A program made the position numbers and the translations under genes. Below the pieces are notes generated by a model. It did not search any database. It saw only the letters and a list, made by a program, of their open reading frames with translations, and was not told where the DNA came from. A stretch of DNA of 64,000 bases from a bacterium (GTDB taxonomy: Bacteria; Patescibacteriota; Patescibacteriia; 2-01-FULL-39-33): contig JAKQDP010000047.1 of assembly GCA_029558735.1 (NCBI GenBank), forward strand, positions 209-64,208. The letters are read 5' to 3'. Of the stretch, positions 9,810-19,482 are shown piece by piece (within the stretch, counting starts at the first letter, position 1; each line of letters begins with the position of its first letter).

Positions 9810-11321
9810 ATGGAAAAAATCGGCGTAGATTTTTTGCCGCCAGAAGAAAAAGGGTCGGCAGATAAGAAAATTATCAGCGGCTGGAAAAAAATTATTCTCA
9901 GCCTAATTATTGTGATTATCATTGTTTTGGCGGTCTTTTCCTCTTCCGTGGTTTTTTCCGATGAAAATTTAGCCAAAGAATTGTCTAAATTCAATTTAAT
10001 TGGTCAACTGGGCAAGCTGATTGGCGGCGGCGACAAAGAGTTGATCGGCGAAGATAGGGATCGCCTTAATGTTCTGCTGATTGGTATGGGCGGTCGAGGC
10101 CATGACGGTGGCACACTGGCTGATACAATTATTTTGGGTAGCTTCAAACCCAGCACCAATGAAGTGGCCATGATGTCAATCCCCCGAGATTTGAGTATTT
10201 TTACCACCAAATACGGCTGGATAAAAGTCAATGCCGTTCATGCTTATGGAGAAAAAGAAAATCCGGGTAGCGGCGGTAAAGATCTGGCTGAGGCGCTCAG
10301 TTCGCTATTAGGCGATGAAATCCATTATTATGCCACTGTGGATTTTGATGGATTTGAAAAAATTATTGACGAATTTGGCGGCGTCGATATCGAGGTAGAA
10401 AGAAATTTAATCGATTATCAATATCCAATTCGCGGCAAAGAAAATATTTTTCCCATTGAGAACCGCTTTGAAACTCTGTCAATTAAAAAGGGTCTCCAGC
10501 ACATGGACGGAGAACTGGCCCTTAAATACGCTCGTTCCCGTCACGCCCTGGGCATCGAGGGATCGGATTTCGCCCGCAGTCGACGGCAACAAAAAATTTT
10601 AGTCGCCCTAAAAGAAAAAATATTTGAAACCAAAACTTTTTTTAGCCCCCGACGCATCAATAGTTTATTAAGCGCCTATCAGGATCACATTATTACCAAC
10701 TTGCAAGTTTGGGAAATAATTCGCTTGGCTCAAATCGGCAAAGACATTGATATAACCAAAATTATTAATCAGACCCTAACCGATGGTCCAACCGGTTTTT
10801 TATATGCCGATAAAGTTAATGGCGCCTATGTTTTACTACCTAAAGACGGTAATTTTGAAACTATTAAAAAAATTTGGCAGAATATTTTTTATATTCAAGG
10901 CGAGCCAGCTTTAGCGACCGGCGACAATCTCAATCAAACTGAAAATATTCAAACGGCTACCGAGACTCCAATATTGTCCGCACCGCCTGAAACCGAAACT
11001 CCAACGCCAGTGGTCGCCGAGACTCCACCGACTAATGACTATCAAAAGGAAAACGCCACTATTGAAATCCAAAATGGCACCTGGGTAACCGGCTGGGCCG
11101 GCCAAGAAAAGGACCGACTGAAAAAATTGGGATTTAATATCACCAAGGCAATTAATGCCGTCAATCATGATTTTGCCGCTACCATTATTTATGATTTGTC
11201 CGGTCAAACCAAGCCGGCAACGGCCGCCGAACTGGAAAAACTTTACCAAACTAAACTAACTGCCGAGCGACCAATATCTTTTGACAGTCAGGCTGACTTC
11301 GTGATCATCCTTGGTAAATAA
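9810..11321 (+). CDS. LCP (LytR-CpsA-Psr) family protein with C-terminal LytR_C domain
   Basis: N-terminal TM helix, LADTI, SIPRD, ARSRH, DFARSRRQQ; C-terminal EIQNGT...GWA...IILGK. Confidence 0.92.
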   Translation: MEKIGVDFLPPEEKGSADKKIISGWKKIILSLIIVIIIVLAVFSSSVVFSDENLAKELSKFNLIGQLGKLIGGGDKELIGEDRDRLNVLLIGMGGRGHDGGTLADTIILGSFKPSTNEVAMMSIPRDLSIFTTKYGWIKVNAVHAYGEKENPGSGGKDLAEALSSLLGDEIHYYATVDFDGFEKIIDEFGGVDIEVERNLIDYQYPIRGKENIFPIENRFETLSIKKGLQHMDGELALKYARSRHALGIEGSDFARSRRQQKILVALKEKIFETKTFFSPRRINSLLSAYQDHIITNLQVWEIIRLAQIGKDIDITKIINQTLTDGPTGFLYADKVNGAYVLLPKDGNFETIKKIWQNIFYIQGEPALATGDNLNQTENIQTATETPILSAPPETETPTPVVAETPPTNDYQKENATIEIQNGTWVTGWAGQEKDRLKKLGFNITKAINAVNHDFAATIIYDLSGQTKPATAAELEKLYQTKLTAERPISFDSQADFVIILGK

Positions 11322-11342
11322 GCCGCTTTCCGCTCACCAAAT

Positions 11343-11377
11343 AAAAAGGCGAGACCCACTGGGGTCGCGCCTTTTTT
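11343..11377. terminator. Bidirectional intrinsic terminator
   Basis: AAAAAGGCGAGACCC-ACTG-GGGTCGCGCCTTTTTT between convergent genes. Confidence 0.7.
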
Positions 11378-11379
11378 GA

Positions 11380-11640
11380 TTACTGATCAAAAATAAAAGG
11401 TCGAGCCGGACAATGACTGCCGCCTTCACGGACAAAAACTTCAAACTTAAGCCTGAGTTTTGTCCGACTTCTTTTGAGGCTGGCAATAATCTCCCTTGGG
11501 CATAGCCACATCCCTCGCCGGCCGCCATCTTGGCACAACACTCCATCTTCAAAGATGGCCTCCGCTAAATTAGCTATCACCTCATTTGTATAGCTGTCCA
11601 ACGGTTTCAAATACCAATAATAATCTCTCTCACCCGACAT
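11380..11640 (-). CDS. Hypothetical protein, 86 aa
   Basis: AGGAGG RBS and a TTGATT-17-TATACT promoter (11672-11700, minus strand) upstream; terminator downstream. Confidence 0.7.
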   Translation of the reverse strand: MSGERDYYWYLKPLDSYTNEVIANLAEAIFEDGVLCQDGGRRGMWLCPREIIASLKRSRTKLRLKFEVFVREGGSHCPARPFIFDQ

Positions 11641-11732
11641 AATATTACCCTCCTAACTTTGTACTGATAAAAGTATAAGAAAAATGAGCTTCAAAATCAA
11701 GTCAATGGTAAAACAAGCCCGATTAACCGCTA

Positions 11733-11761
11733 TTGACAATAATTCTTTTATTTGTTACAAT
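11733..11761 (+). promoter_or_regulatory. Sigma70 promoter for the 58-aa ORF
   Basis: TTGACA-17-TACAAT with extended -10 TG. Confidence 0.65.
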
Positions 11762-11823
11762 AATAATCCATTATTGATAATGGCATCTCAAACAAGAGAT
11801 AAAAACAAAAAAGGCGTTATAAC

Positions 11824-12000
11824 ATGGCACAAAAGAAAAAAATGTCTGGGCGTAAATTAAAAACAACAGACATTGAATCTGTATTTAAAGCCCGGGGATT
11901 TAAAGTGACCTTAATTAAGGACCAAGTGATTTTGGAAAAAAATGGAATAATCAAAAAAATTCCCCTTAACCAATTGGAAAGGTTTCTCGGGTACGATTAA
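11824..12000 (+). CDS. Small basic protein, 58 aa (not in ORF track)
   Basis: MAQKKKMSGRKLKTTDIESVFKARGFKVTLIKDQVILEKNGIIKKIPLNQLERFLGYD; near-consensus promoter upstream. Confidence 0.65.
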   Translation: MAQKKKMSGRKLKTTDIESVFKARGFKVTLIKDQVILEKNGIIKKIPLNQLERFLGYD

Positions 12001-12053
12001 TAACCCTAAAAACAAAAATGCCAAGATTTAAGCCGAACCGCTTAAATCTTTTT

Positions 12054-13481
12054 TTATTGCAGATACTCCAGCAGCCCTCGATAAAGCATCCTTTGATTAC
12101 TATCCTCAATTGTTAATAGTTCATTGTTGCAAAAATCGATAACCTCATCGGCTCGACCCTGCCGGGCAATCTCAAGCAAAACTGCTACCGCCAAAGAAAA
12201 TCGACTTTCTTCTTGTCCTTTCCCTCTAATTTCTTCAAATTCCTTAATAATTTCTTGAATGGTCTTGCCCAGTCTGATTCCTTCATCCAAATTATCAATC
12301 GCTTTTTTTGATATTTCCTGATACCTATTCAACGGATACCTAGTCAACGGTTCACCGGCTAATAACCTTCTCCTAATACTTTCCCTCGGTTCATCAATAT
12401 ATTGCCCCAAAGCCTGGGCTTTATCCATTCTTTCGATAAATATTTTTTGCTCCGGGCCCTTGCTAATTGGCCTAAGTAATTCTATTGAGACATTATCCGG
12501 ATAACAATTATCGGACTGATAAACCCTCCTTAAATCCAAGTCATTGTTCGGATCAATTTTAATGGCCGAGCCAAAATCAACAATTTTTAATTTGCCCTCT
12601 TGATCCAGCATAATATTTCTTAAATGCAGATCCCGATGATAAATTCCAGCCCGATGAAAAACACTGATTGCCGCTATTAATTCGCTGATTAATTTTTTAT
12701 CAAAAAGATTCCTATATACCAAATCCGGCTTTATTTTATTCATAAACGCCATTCGCTCTTTATGCGCCTCAGGAGAATCATCATTGTGCCGATATTTATG
12801 TTTAAAACCAATAAACCGGCAAATTATCTCCATTAATTCATCGGCCCCCTTCTGCTCTAGGGTGACAATAAAATTTTCATAACCAATATCTGGATAGGCT
12901 AATTCAATTTCATTTTTCCTGGTAATCAGGTACTGGCGATAAACCCAGGCCGCTAAATCGCAGCCATCCACAAAATCCATAGCCAAAATTTCTATTCGCG
13001 GCTCCTTATCATCAATATCCACGGCACATTGCTGCAATAAATCAATTGTTTCCTGATCCTTGATTTCCAAATCGCGATAAAAAAACGGCTGAGGCACTGA
13101 AACCTCCGACACTTCTGACTCTGTCAACAGCTGATAGGCTTCCGCCTGAAGATTATACTCAACCAATCCCTTGCCATTGGTATAAAGCTTGAGAATTTTA
13201 AAAGCCGATTCCTGACCGTTTTCAATAAAATCCGGTAGCGCTTGTAAAAATACCTCTTTTAAATCCTCCGGCAAATCTTCCGGACTTAATTTAAAAATTA
13301 CGCCATTATTGCCATAATTAACCATTTCTGCCGCCTCACTTCTAATGGCCAACTCCAAACAACCATCAATAATTTCTTGACTAATTTCACTGATTTCCTG
13401 ATTATTATTCTGCTCTTCATTATTCCCGATGGTATCCCCGATTGCCGATAACCCAACTTCAGAAAGTTTTTTTACCGCCAT
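12054..13481 (-). CDS. Protein kinase-like fold protein (Ser/Thr or Kdo/RIO-like)
   Basis: GNNGVIFK loop, AFK lysine, HRDLHLRNIM catalytic loop, DFG. Confidence 0.8.
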   Translation of the reverse strand: MAVKKLSEVGLSAIGDTIGNNEEQNNNQEISEISQEIIDGCLELAIRSEAAEMVNYGNNGVIFKLSPEDLPEDLKEVFLQALPDFIENGQESAFKILKLYTNGKGLVEYNLQAEAYQLLTESEVSEVSVPQPFFYRDLEIKDQETIDLLQQCAVDIDDKEPRIEILAMDFVDGCDLAAWVYRQYLITRKNEIELAYPDIGYENFIVTLEQKGADELMEIICRFIGFKHKYRHNDDSPEAHKERMAFMNKIKPDLVYRNLFDKKLISELIAAISVFHRAGIYHRDLHLRNIMLDQEGKLKIVDFGSAIKIDPNNDLDLRRVYQSDNCYPDNVSIELLRPISKGPEQKIFIERMDKAQALGQYIDEPRESIRRRLLAGEPLTRYPLNRYQEISKKAIDNLDEGIRLGKTIQEIIKEFEEIRGKGQEESRFSLAVAVLLEIARQGRADEVIDFCNNELLTIEDSNQRMLYRGLLEYLQ

Positions 13482-13621
13482 AAATATTAATTCATTAATA
13501 ATAATATTATTATTATTTATTTATTTTATCTGATTATTTGAAAAATATAAAGTAAATTGCCAACCACTTGAAATTAGGTTAAAATTATATTATAATAAAA
13601 TTTTTTATAGTCCCCCCTAAA

Positions 13622-14974
13622 ATGACTCACTTATTGCCCCAAATAGCGATTATCGGCCGCGCCAATGTCGGCAAGTCCACCCTATTTAACCGCCTGATTG
13701 AACAAAATAAAGCGCTCGTTTCCAAGATCGCCGGCACCACCCGCGACCGCAATATTGCCACTGCCGAGTGGCGCGGCCGCCGCTTCCAGGTAATTGATAC
13801 CGGTGGCTTGGATATTAATAAAAAAAATCCCGACCAAATCAGCCAGGAAATAATCAAACAAAGCCAACAGGCCATTAATAAAGCCAACCTGATACTGTTT
13901 GTGGTTGATGCCAAATCCGGCATTATTGCCTCAGACAGCGAATTGGCCAAGGCGCTCGTCAAAAATAAACAAAAAGATAAAACTATTTTAGTCGTCAACA
14001 AGGCCGACTCTCTAAGGTGGCGTCAGCCCAGCGCGGAAATGTATAAATTAAATTTAGGTCAGCCCAACATGCTTTCTGCTGCCAATGGTTCTGGAGTCGG
14101 TGATTTACTGGATTTAATTGTTTCCCGTTTGCCGGCGGATAAAAAAATAAAAACCGAACAACCAAATAATGAAATCAAAGTGGCTATTGTCGGCAAGCCC
14201 AATGTCGGCAAGTCTTCACTGTTAAATTCCATTCTGGGCGAAGAGCGAGTGATGGTTACTGATATTGCTCACACTACTCGGGAATCGCACGATACCGAAT
14301 TTATCTATAAAAAAAATAAATTCACCTTAATTGATACCGCCGGCATCAGCCGTGACAATAAACTAAAAAATAAAAGTTTGGAAAAAAAATCAATTGATCG
14401 CTCCCTAGAAACAATCGCTAAGGCCGACATTGTTTTGTTGGTGACGGAAGTTCAGAAAAACATTTCCACTCAAGACAAAAACATCACCCAAGCAATCCTA
14501 GAAAATTCCAAGTCAGTAATTATTGTAGCGAATAAATGGGATTTAATTCCCGACAAAGATGAAAAAACAATTAATCGTTACATCGATTATTATCAGGCCA
14601 ACTTCCCTTATCTATGGTGGGCGCCGATAATTTTCGTCTCCGCCAAAGAAAATTTAAGAACTAAAAAAATATTGGACTTGATTTTAGATATCCAAGCGGC
14701 CCGATCTATCCAGTTGACAGATAAACAGCTGGAACGCTTCTTAAAATCAAAAATCAAACAACATCGCCCGGCTCGCGGTCGCGGTTTAAAAAACCCTTAT
14801 ATCTATAAATTAGAACAAGCCGCCATCAATCCGCCACGGATAATTATCTATGTTAATGACCCCAAAATCCTGCATTTTTCCTATATTCGGTTCCTACAAA
14901 ATAATTTACACCAACAGTTTAATATTATCGGCACCCCCATTCAAATTGAAGTTAAAAAATGGAAATCTAAATAA
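13622..14974 (+). CDS. der: Ribosome biogenesis GTPase Der (EngA)
   Basis: Two G domains (GRANVGKS, GKPNVGKS) and a C-terminal KH-like domain. Confidence 0.97.
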   Translation: MTHLLPQIAIIGRANVGKSTLFNRLIEQNKALVSKIAGTTRDRNIATAEWRGRRFQVIDTGGLDINKKNPDQISQEIIKQSQQAINKANLILFVVDAKSGIIASDSELAKALVKNKQKDKTILVVNKADSLRWRQPSAEMYKLNLGQPNMLSAANGSGVGDLLDLIVSRLPADKKIKTEQPNNEIKVAIVGKPNVGKSSLLNSILGEERVMVTDIAHTTRESHDTEFIYKKNKFTLIDTAGISRDNKLKNKSLEKKSIDRSLETIAKADIVLLVTEVQKNISTQDKNITQAILENSKSVIIVANKWDLIPDKDEKTINRYIDYYQANFPYLWWAPIIFVSAKENLRTKKILDLILDIQAARSIQLTDKQLERFLKSKIKQHRPARGRGLKNPYIYKLEQAAINPPRIIIYVNDPKILHFSYIRFLQNNLHQQFNIIGTPIQIEVKKWKSK

Positions 14975-14982
14975 TCGCCATT

Positions 14983-15549
14983 ATGAAACTAATCGTCGGC
15001 CTGGGCAATCCCGGCTCCCAATATTCCCATACCTGGCACAATTTGGGCTTTAAGACGCTAGACTGTCTGCAAAACAGGCTAGCCGCTGGACCATTTAAAA
15101 TGGCAAATAAATTTCAAGCGCAAATTGCCACTAGTCGCATCGGCCAAGAAAAAATAATCTTAGCTAAGCCGCAAACCTTTATGAACAACTCCGGCCAAGC
15201 CATAGCGGCCATTGCCAACTACTACAAAATACCAATCTCCGATATTATTGTCATCCATGATGACCTAGACCTGCCGCTAGGCGCTATTCGAGTTGCCCAA
15301 AACTCTTCGGCCGGCGGCCATAATGGAGTCAAATCAGTGATTAATCACTTATCCAGCCAAAAATTCAGCCGAATCAAAATCGGGGTACAAACCACTAAGA
15401 CCAAACAAATCGCCGCCAATAATTATGTCTTAAAAAAAATCGGTTTTTGGGATGGCAAAAAAGCTAAAGCTGCCGTTGAAATTGCGGCGGCGGCGGCTCA
15501 GGAATTAGTATCCCAACCGATTGAAAAAGTAATGAATCTTTACAATTAA
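14983..15549 (+). CDS. pth: Peptidyl-tRNA hydrolase
   Basis: LIVGLGNPG, HNLGF, KPQTFMN, HDDLD, GGHNG. Confidence 0.96.
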   Translation: MKLIVGLGNPGSQYSHTWHNLGFKTLDCLQNRLAAGPFKMANKFQAQIATSRIGQEKIILAKPQTFMNNSGQAIAAIANYYKIPISDIIVIHDDLDLPLGAIRVAQNSSAGGHNGVKSVINHLSSQKFSRIKIGVQTTKTKQIAANNYVLKKIGFWDGKKAKAAVEIAAAAAQELVSQPIEKVMNLYN

Positions 15550-16006
15550 AAAGGCACGCCAGCAACCTCGCGGATGCCTAAGCCTTGTTCCCTTGAGCCA
15601 AGGAAACGACAAGGACTGGCGCGCCAAAACAATTACCGACTCTCCTTAAGAAAGCCGGAACAGAATATCTGGCGGGACGCTCCAGCTTAACTGGAAAAGA
15701 TTTTGCCAAAGCTTAACAAGCGTTAACAAAATCGCGCCCCAAAATGGTCGGGGTGTCTCCGGACTGGTTACCGGCGGACTCAACCTGATTGGGCCTAATC
15801 CCCCCAAGGTGGATAGGTAATCCCAATCGGGAATCGGACACCCCGATGATTGCTATCGACTACTATACTGTCGGCTAGTATATGATCTCAATCAAAAGAC
15901 TGAAATCATAATTTAGGACAAGAAAAACTGTCAGGAGGGAAACAATTTCTCTCGTCAACTAGCAGACAGAATAATAGCCGATAACAATTTCAAAGAACTA
16001 CATTGA
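15548..16006 (-). ncRNA. Candidate large structured non-coding RNA (~450 nt), family unknown
   Basis: No ORF of 60 aa or more; own promoter; five consecutive helical domains whose G-U wobbles form on the minus strand; ends in a GC-rich stem plus U5. Confidence 0.7.
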
Positions 16007-16012
16007 TATGAT

Positions 16013-16041
16013 ATCTTATCATAGCAAAAACCAAAAGTCAA
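16013..16041 (-). promoter_or_regulatory. Sigma70 promoter of the candidate ncRNA
   Basis: TTGACT-17-TAAGAT on the minus strand, followed by BoxA-like AGTTCTTTGAAA at 15999-15988. Confidence 0.65.
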
Positions 16042-16074
16042 GCCTTAAGACAAGTTGTTTAAATTAAGCAAAAA

Positions 16075-17184
16075 ATGACCACCAGCGACCCTCAGCTAGA
16101 GGACCAATATTGGTTGGCTCTCTCGCAAATAAAAAAAATCGGCCCGATTAGTTGGCAAAAAATCATTAATTATTTTCCTTCAATAGAAGCGGCCTGGCAA
16201 GCATCCGCCGAAGATTTTAAACGAGCTGGATTGGAAGAAAAATTAATTTCCTATCTGATTAGTCAGCGACCCACCTTAAACCCTGAGGCCGAATTAAGTA
16301 AACTACTGGAAGAAAAAATCAACCTTATTAAAATAACTGACCCGAATTATCCCCGACTGCTCAAAGAAATTTATAATCCCCCAGCAATCTTATATTATCG
16401 CGGCAGCTTGGATTCACTAACCAAGCCGACGATCGCCATTGTCGGCACTAGAAAAAATTCTTCTTATGGTCGCCAAGTCGCTAAAGAAATTGGCGGTCAA
16501 TTGGCCCGAGCCGGCCTCACTATTGTTTCTGGCTTAGCCTTAGGCATTGACGCTTTAGCTCACTTAACGGCCATTAATCACCAAGAGCCGACCGCCGCCG
16601 TATTGGGCTCTGGCCTAGACTGGCAAAACATTTATCCCGCCACTAATCGGCAATTGGCCCAAAAAATAATTGACGGCCAAGGCATTGTTTTATCGGAGCT
16701 CCCCCTTGGCACAATGCCAACCAAATTTACCTTTCCCCTGCGCAATCGGATTATTTCTGGTCTATCCCTGGGAACAATAGTGATTGAAGCACCCGAAAGT
16801 TCTGGCGCCTTAATCACTGCCAAATACGCCCTGGAACAAAACCGAGAAGTTTTTGCTATTCCCGGATCGATTTATAGTCGCCTCTCGGTGGGTGCTAATA
16901 ATTTAATTAAGGCTGGAGCCAAATTGGTCAATTGCCATCAGGATATTTTAGAAGAATTAAATATTAAAAGTATTGACGAAAAAATTTCCCCCCTAGCCGA
17001 CCAACCCCATGATTCAACGGAACTGATAATTCTAAATCTCCTTAGTAAGGAACCGCTTCACATTGACAAAATAGCTATTTTTAGTAAACTTAAAATTAAT
17101 TCCTTGATGAGCGCTTTGACCTTATTGGAAATGAAAGGCCTGATCAAAGATCTTGGCGGTAAAAATTACATCAAGCTAATTTAA
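16075..17184 (+). CDS. dprA: DNA processing protein DprA
   Basis: IAIVGTR, SGLALGID, FPLRNRIISGLS, SGALITA; dprA-topA synteny. Confidence 0.96.
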   Translation: MTTSDPQLEDQYWLALSQIKKIGPISWQKIINYFPSIEAAWQASAEDFKRAGLEEKLISYLISQRPTLNPEAELSKLLEEKINLIKITDPNYPRLLKEIYNPPAILYYRGSLDSLTKPTIAIVGTRKNSSYGRQVAKEIGGQLARAGLTIVSGLALGIDALAHLTAINHQEPTAAVLGSGLDWQNIYPATNRQLAQKIIDGQGIVLSELPLGTMPTKFTFPLRNRIISGLSLGTIVIEAPESSGALITAKYALEQNREVFAIPGSIYSRLSVGANNLIKAGAKLVNCHQDILEELNIKSIDEKISPLADQPHDSTELIILNLLSKEPLHIDKIAIFSKLKINSLMSALTLLEMKGLIKDLGGKNYIKLI

Positions 17185-17193
17185 TCAACAACT

Positions 17194-19389
17194 ATGTCTA
17201 AACTACTAATCGTCGAATCACCCACTAAGGCCAAAACTATTTCTAAATTTTTGTCTAAAGATTTTAAAGTCCGATCTTCTTTTGGCCATATCCGCGATCT
17301 GCCAAAAAGTAAAATTGGCATTGATGTGGATAATAATTTTCAACCAACTTATGTAATACCGGCCAAAAGTCGAAAAACAGCCAATGAATTAAAAAAATTA
17401 GCTCAACAGGCCGAAAAAATATATTTCGCCACTGACGAAGACCGTGAAGGAGAGGCGATCTCTTGGCACTTGGCCCAAATTTTTAATACCCCCTTAGACC
17501 AGAGCCAACGAATTACTTTTCATGAAATCACCGAAGAAGCGATCAAAGAAGCCCTCAAAAATCCCCGACCGATCGACTTAAATTTAGTCGACGCCCAACA
17601 AGCCAGACGGATTTTAGATCGACTGGTCGGTTATAATCTTTCGCCTTTATTGTGGAAAAAGGTGGCCAAAGGACTTTCCGCCGGACGGGTTCAATCAGTA
17701 GCGGTCAGATTAATTGTTGAAAAAGAAAGAGAGATAGAAAACTTCAAACAACAGGAATATTGGGAAATATTCGCTGATTTTGAAACTGTTGACCAGCAAA
17801 ATATCCGGGCCAAACTGCATAAAATTGACCAAAAAAATTTGGACAAATTTGCCATCACCACCGACACTGCGGCCCAAGAAATAAACCAGCAATTAACCAG
17901 CCTAACTTATCAAATCAGCGAAATAATCAGCAAGGAGAATATTAAAAATCCTCTCCCTCCTTTTACCACCGCCTCGCTTCAGCAAGAAGCCAATCGCCGC
18001 CTAGGTTTCTCTGCCAAACAGACGATGATGCTCGCCCAACAGCTTTATGAAGGAATAGAAATCGATGGTGATTCGGTCGGCTTAATCACTTATATGAGAA
18101 CCGACTCGACTAACCTGGCGGAAAAATTTTCCCACGAAGCCGGTCACTATCTCAAAGCAGAGCTGGGTGAGAAATATCACCGCCAAAGAAATTACAAAAC
18201 AAAAAGTAAGGGCGCCCAAGAAGCCCATGAGGCAATCCGACCAACCTCAGCCACCAGAACTCCGGACCAACTAAACGGTAAGCTCAACCGCAATCAATTC
18301 CGCTTATACCAATTGATTTGGCAACGCGCCATCGCCAGCCAAATGGCGCCGGCGATTCTAGAAGCAACCACTATTGATATCGACGATAAAGACAGCCACT
18401 ACAGTTTTCGCGCCACTGGTCAAGTGATTAAATTTGACGGTTTCCTAAAGATTTACCCCAGCCAAACCAAAAACGAACTGCTGCCGGCTAGTCAAAAACA
18501 TGACCCGGTTAGTTGTTTAAAAATCGAACCAATTCAAAAATTCACTCAGCCGCCAGCTCGATATTCTGACGCCACATTAGTTAAAGCCTTGGAAGAAAAA
18601 GGCATTGGTCGGCCTTCCACTTATGCCCCTACGATCGCCACTATCATTGATCGAGGCTATGTTGACCGACTGACAGACAAACGACTCAAGCCGACCGATA
18701 TAGCGAAAATAGTCAACGATCTGCTGGTGGAACACTTTGATAATATTGTTGATTATGATTTTACCGCCGCCATTGAGGAAGATTTTGATAAAATAGCCGC
18801 TGGCAAAAAAAAGTGGCAACCCTTTATTAAAAGCTTTTATCTGCCGTTTGCAAAAAATATCAAAGAAAAAGAAACCGCCATCAATAAAAAAGAGATCACT
18901 GAAGAAAAAACCGACGAAAAATGCGAACAATGCGGCTCGCCCATGGTAATTAAAATCGGTCGCTTTGGTAAATTCTTGGCCTGCTCGAATTTTCCCGAAT
19001 GTAAAAACACTAAAAATATCAATCCCCAGGGAGAAATTGAAGACAACCAACCTAAATTACTCGAAGAAAAATGTCCCGATTGCGGCGCCAATTTGATTTT
19101 ACGCCAAGGTCGTTATGGACAATTTAAGGGTTGTAGCGCCTATCCTAAGTGTAAATTTATCAAAAAAGAAGCGACGCCCGATTTAAACATCAACTGCCCC
19201 AAGTGTCAAAACGGTAAAATCATTTCTAAAAGAAGTCGGCGGGGAATATTTTATGGTTGCGACAAATACCCTGACTGCGATTTTGCGTTTTGGGGAAAAC
19301 CCACTAAAGACCAATGCCCCAAATGCGGTTACCCGCTAACCGAAGACAAAAAAGGCACAGTTAAATGTAGTAATAAAGAATGTCAATAG
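17194..19389 (+). CDS. topA: DNA topoisomerase I
   Basis: IVESPTKAK, DEDREGE, SAGRVQS, ITYMRTDS, C-terminal C4 zinc ribbons. Confidence 0.97.
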   Translation: MSKLLIVESPTKAKTISKFLSKDFKVRSSFGHIRDLPKSKIGIDVDNNFQPTYVIPAKSRKTANELKKLAQQAEKIYFATDEDREGEAISWHLAQIFNTPLDQSQRITFHEITEEAIKEALKNPRPIDLNLVDAQQARRILDRLVGYNLSPLLWKKVAKGLSAGRVQSVAVRLIVEKEREIENFKQQEYWEIFADFETVDQQNIRAKLHKIDQKNLDKFAITTDTAAQEINQQLTSLTYQISEIISKENIKNPLPPFTTASLQQEANRRLGFSAKQTMMLAQQLYEGIEIDGDSVGLITYMRTDSTNLAEKFSHEAGHYLKAELGEKYHRQRNYKTKSKGAQEAHEAIRPTSATRTPDQLNGKLNRNQFRLYQLIWQRAIASQMAPAILEATTIDIDDKDSHYSFRATGQVIKFDGFLKIYPSQTKNELLPASQKHDPVSCLKIEPIQKFTQPPARYSDATLVKALEEKGIGRPSTYAPTIATIIDRGYVDRLTDKRLKPTDIAKIVNDLLVEHFDNIVDYDFTAAIEEDFDKIAAGKKKWQPFIKSFYLPFAKNIKEKETAINKKEITEEKTDEKCEQCGSPMVIKIGRFGKFLACSNFPECKNTKNINPQGEIEDNQPKLLEEKCPDCGANLILRQGRYGQFKGCSAYPKCKFIKKEATPDLNINCPKCQNGKIISKRSRRGIFYGCDKYPDCDFAFWGKPTKDQCPKCGYPLTEDKKGTVKCSNKECQ

Positions 19390-19482
19390 CCTAACCAGCG
19401 TCCCGAATTATCGGGGCGTTTTAAGTAACTGACCCATTTGCCAGTCTGATTAAAATATCTTACAATATTATATCAAAAGACA

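Noticed and set aside
15548-16006. RNase P, SRP, 6S or group I intron identity for the structured RNA
   Set aside because: I found no hallmark motif on either strand, and the architecture is serial domains rather than a single rod. This still needs Rfam confirmation.
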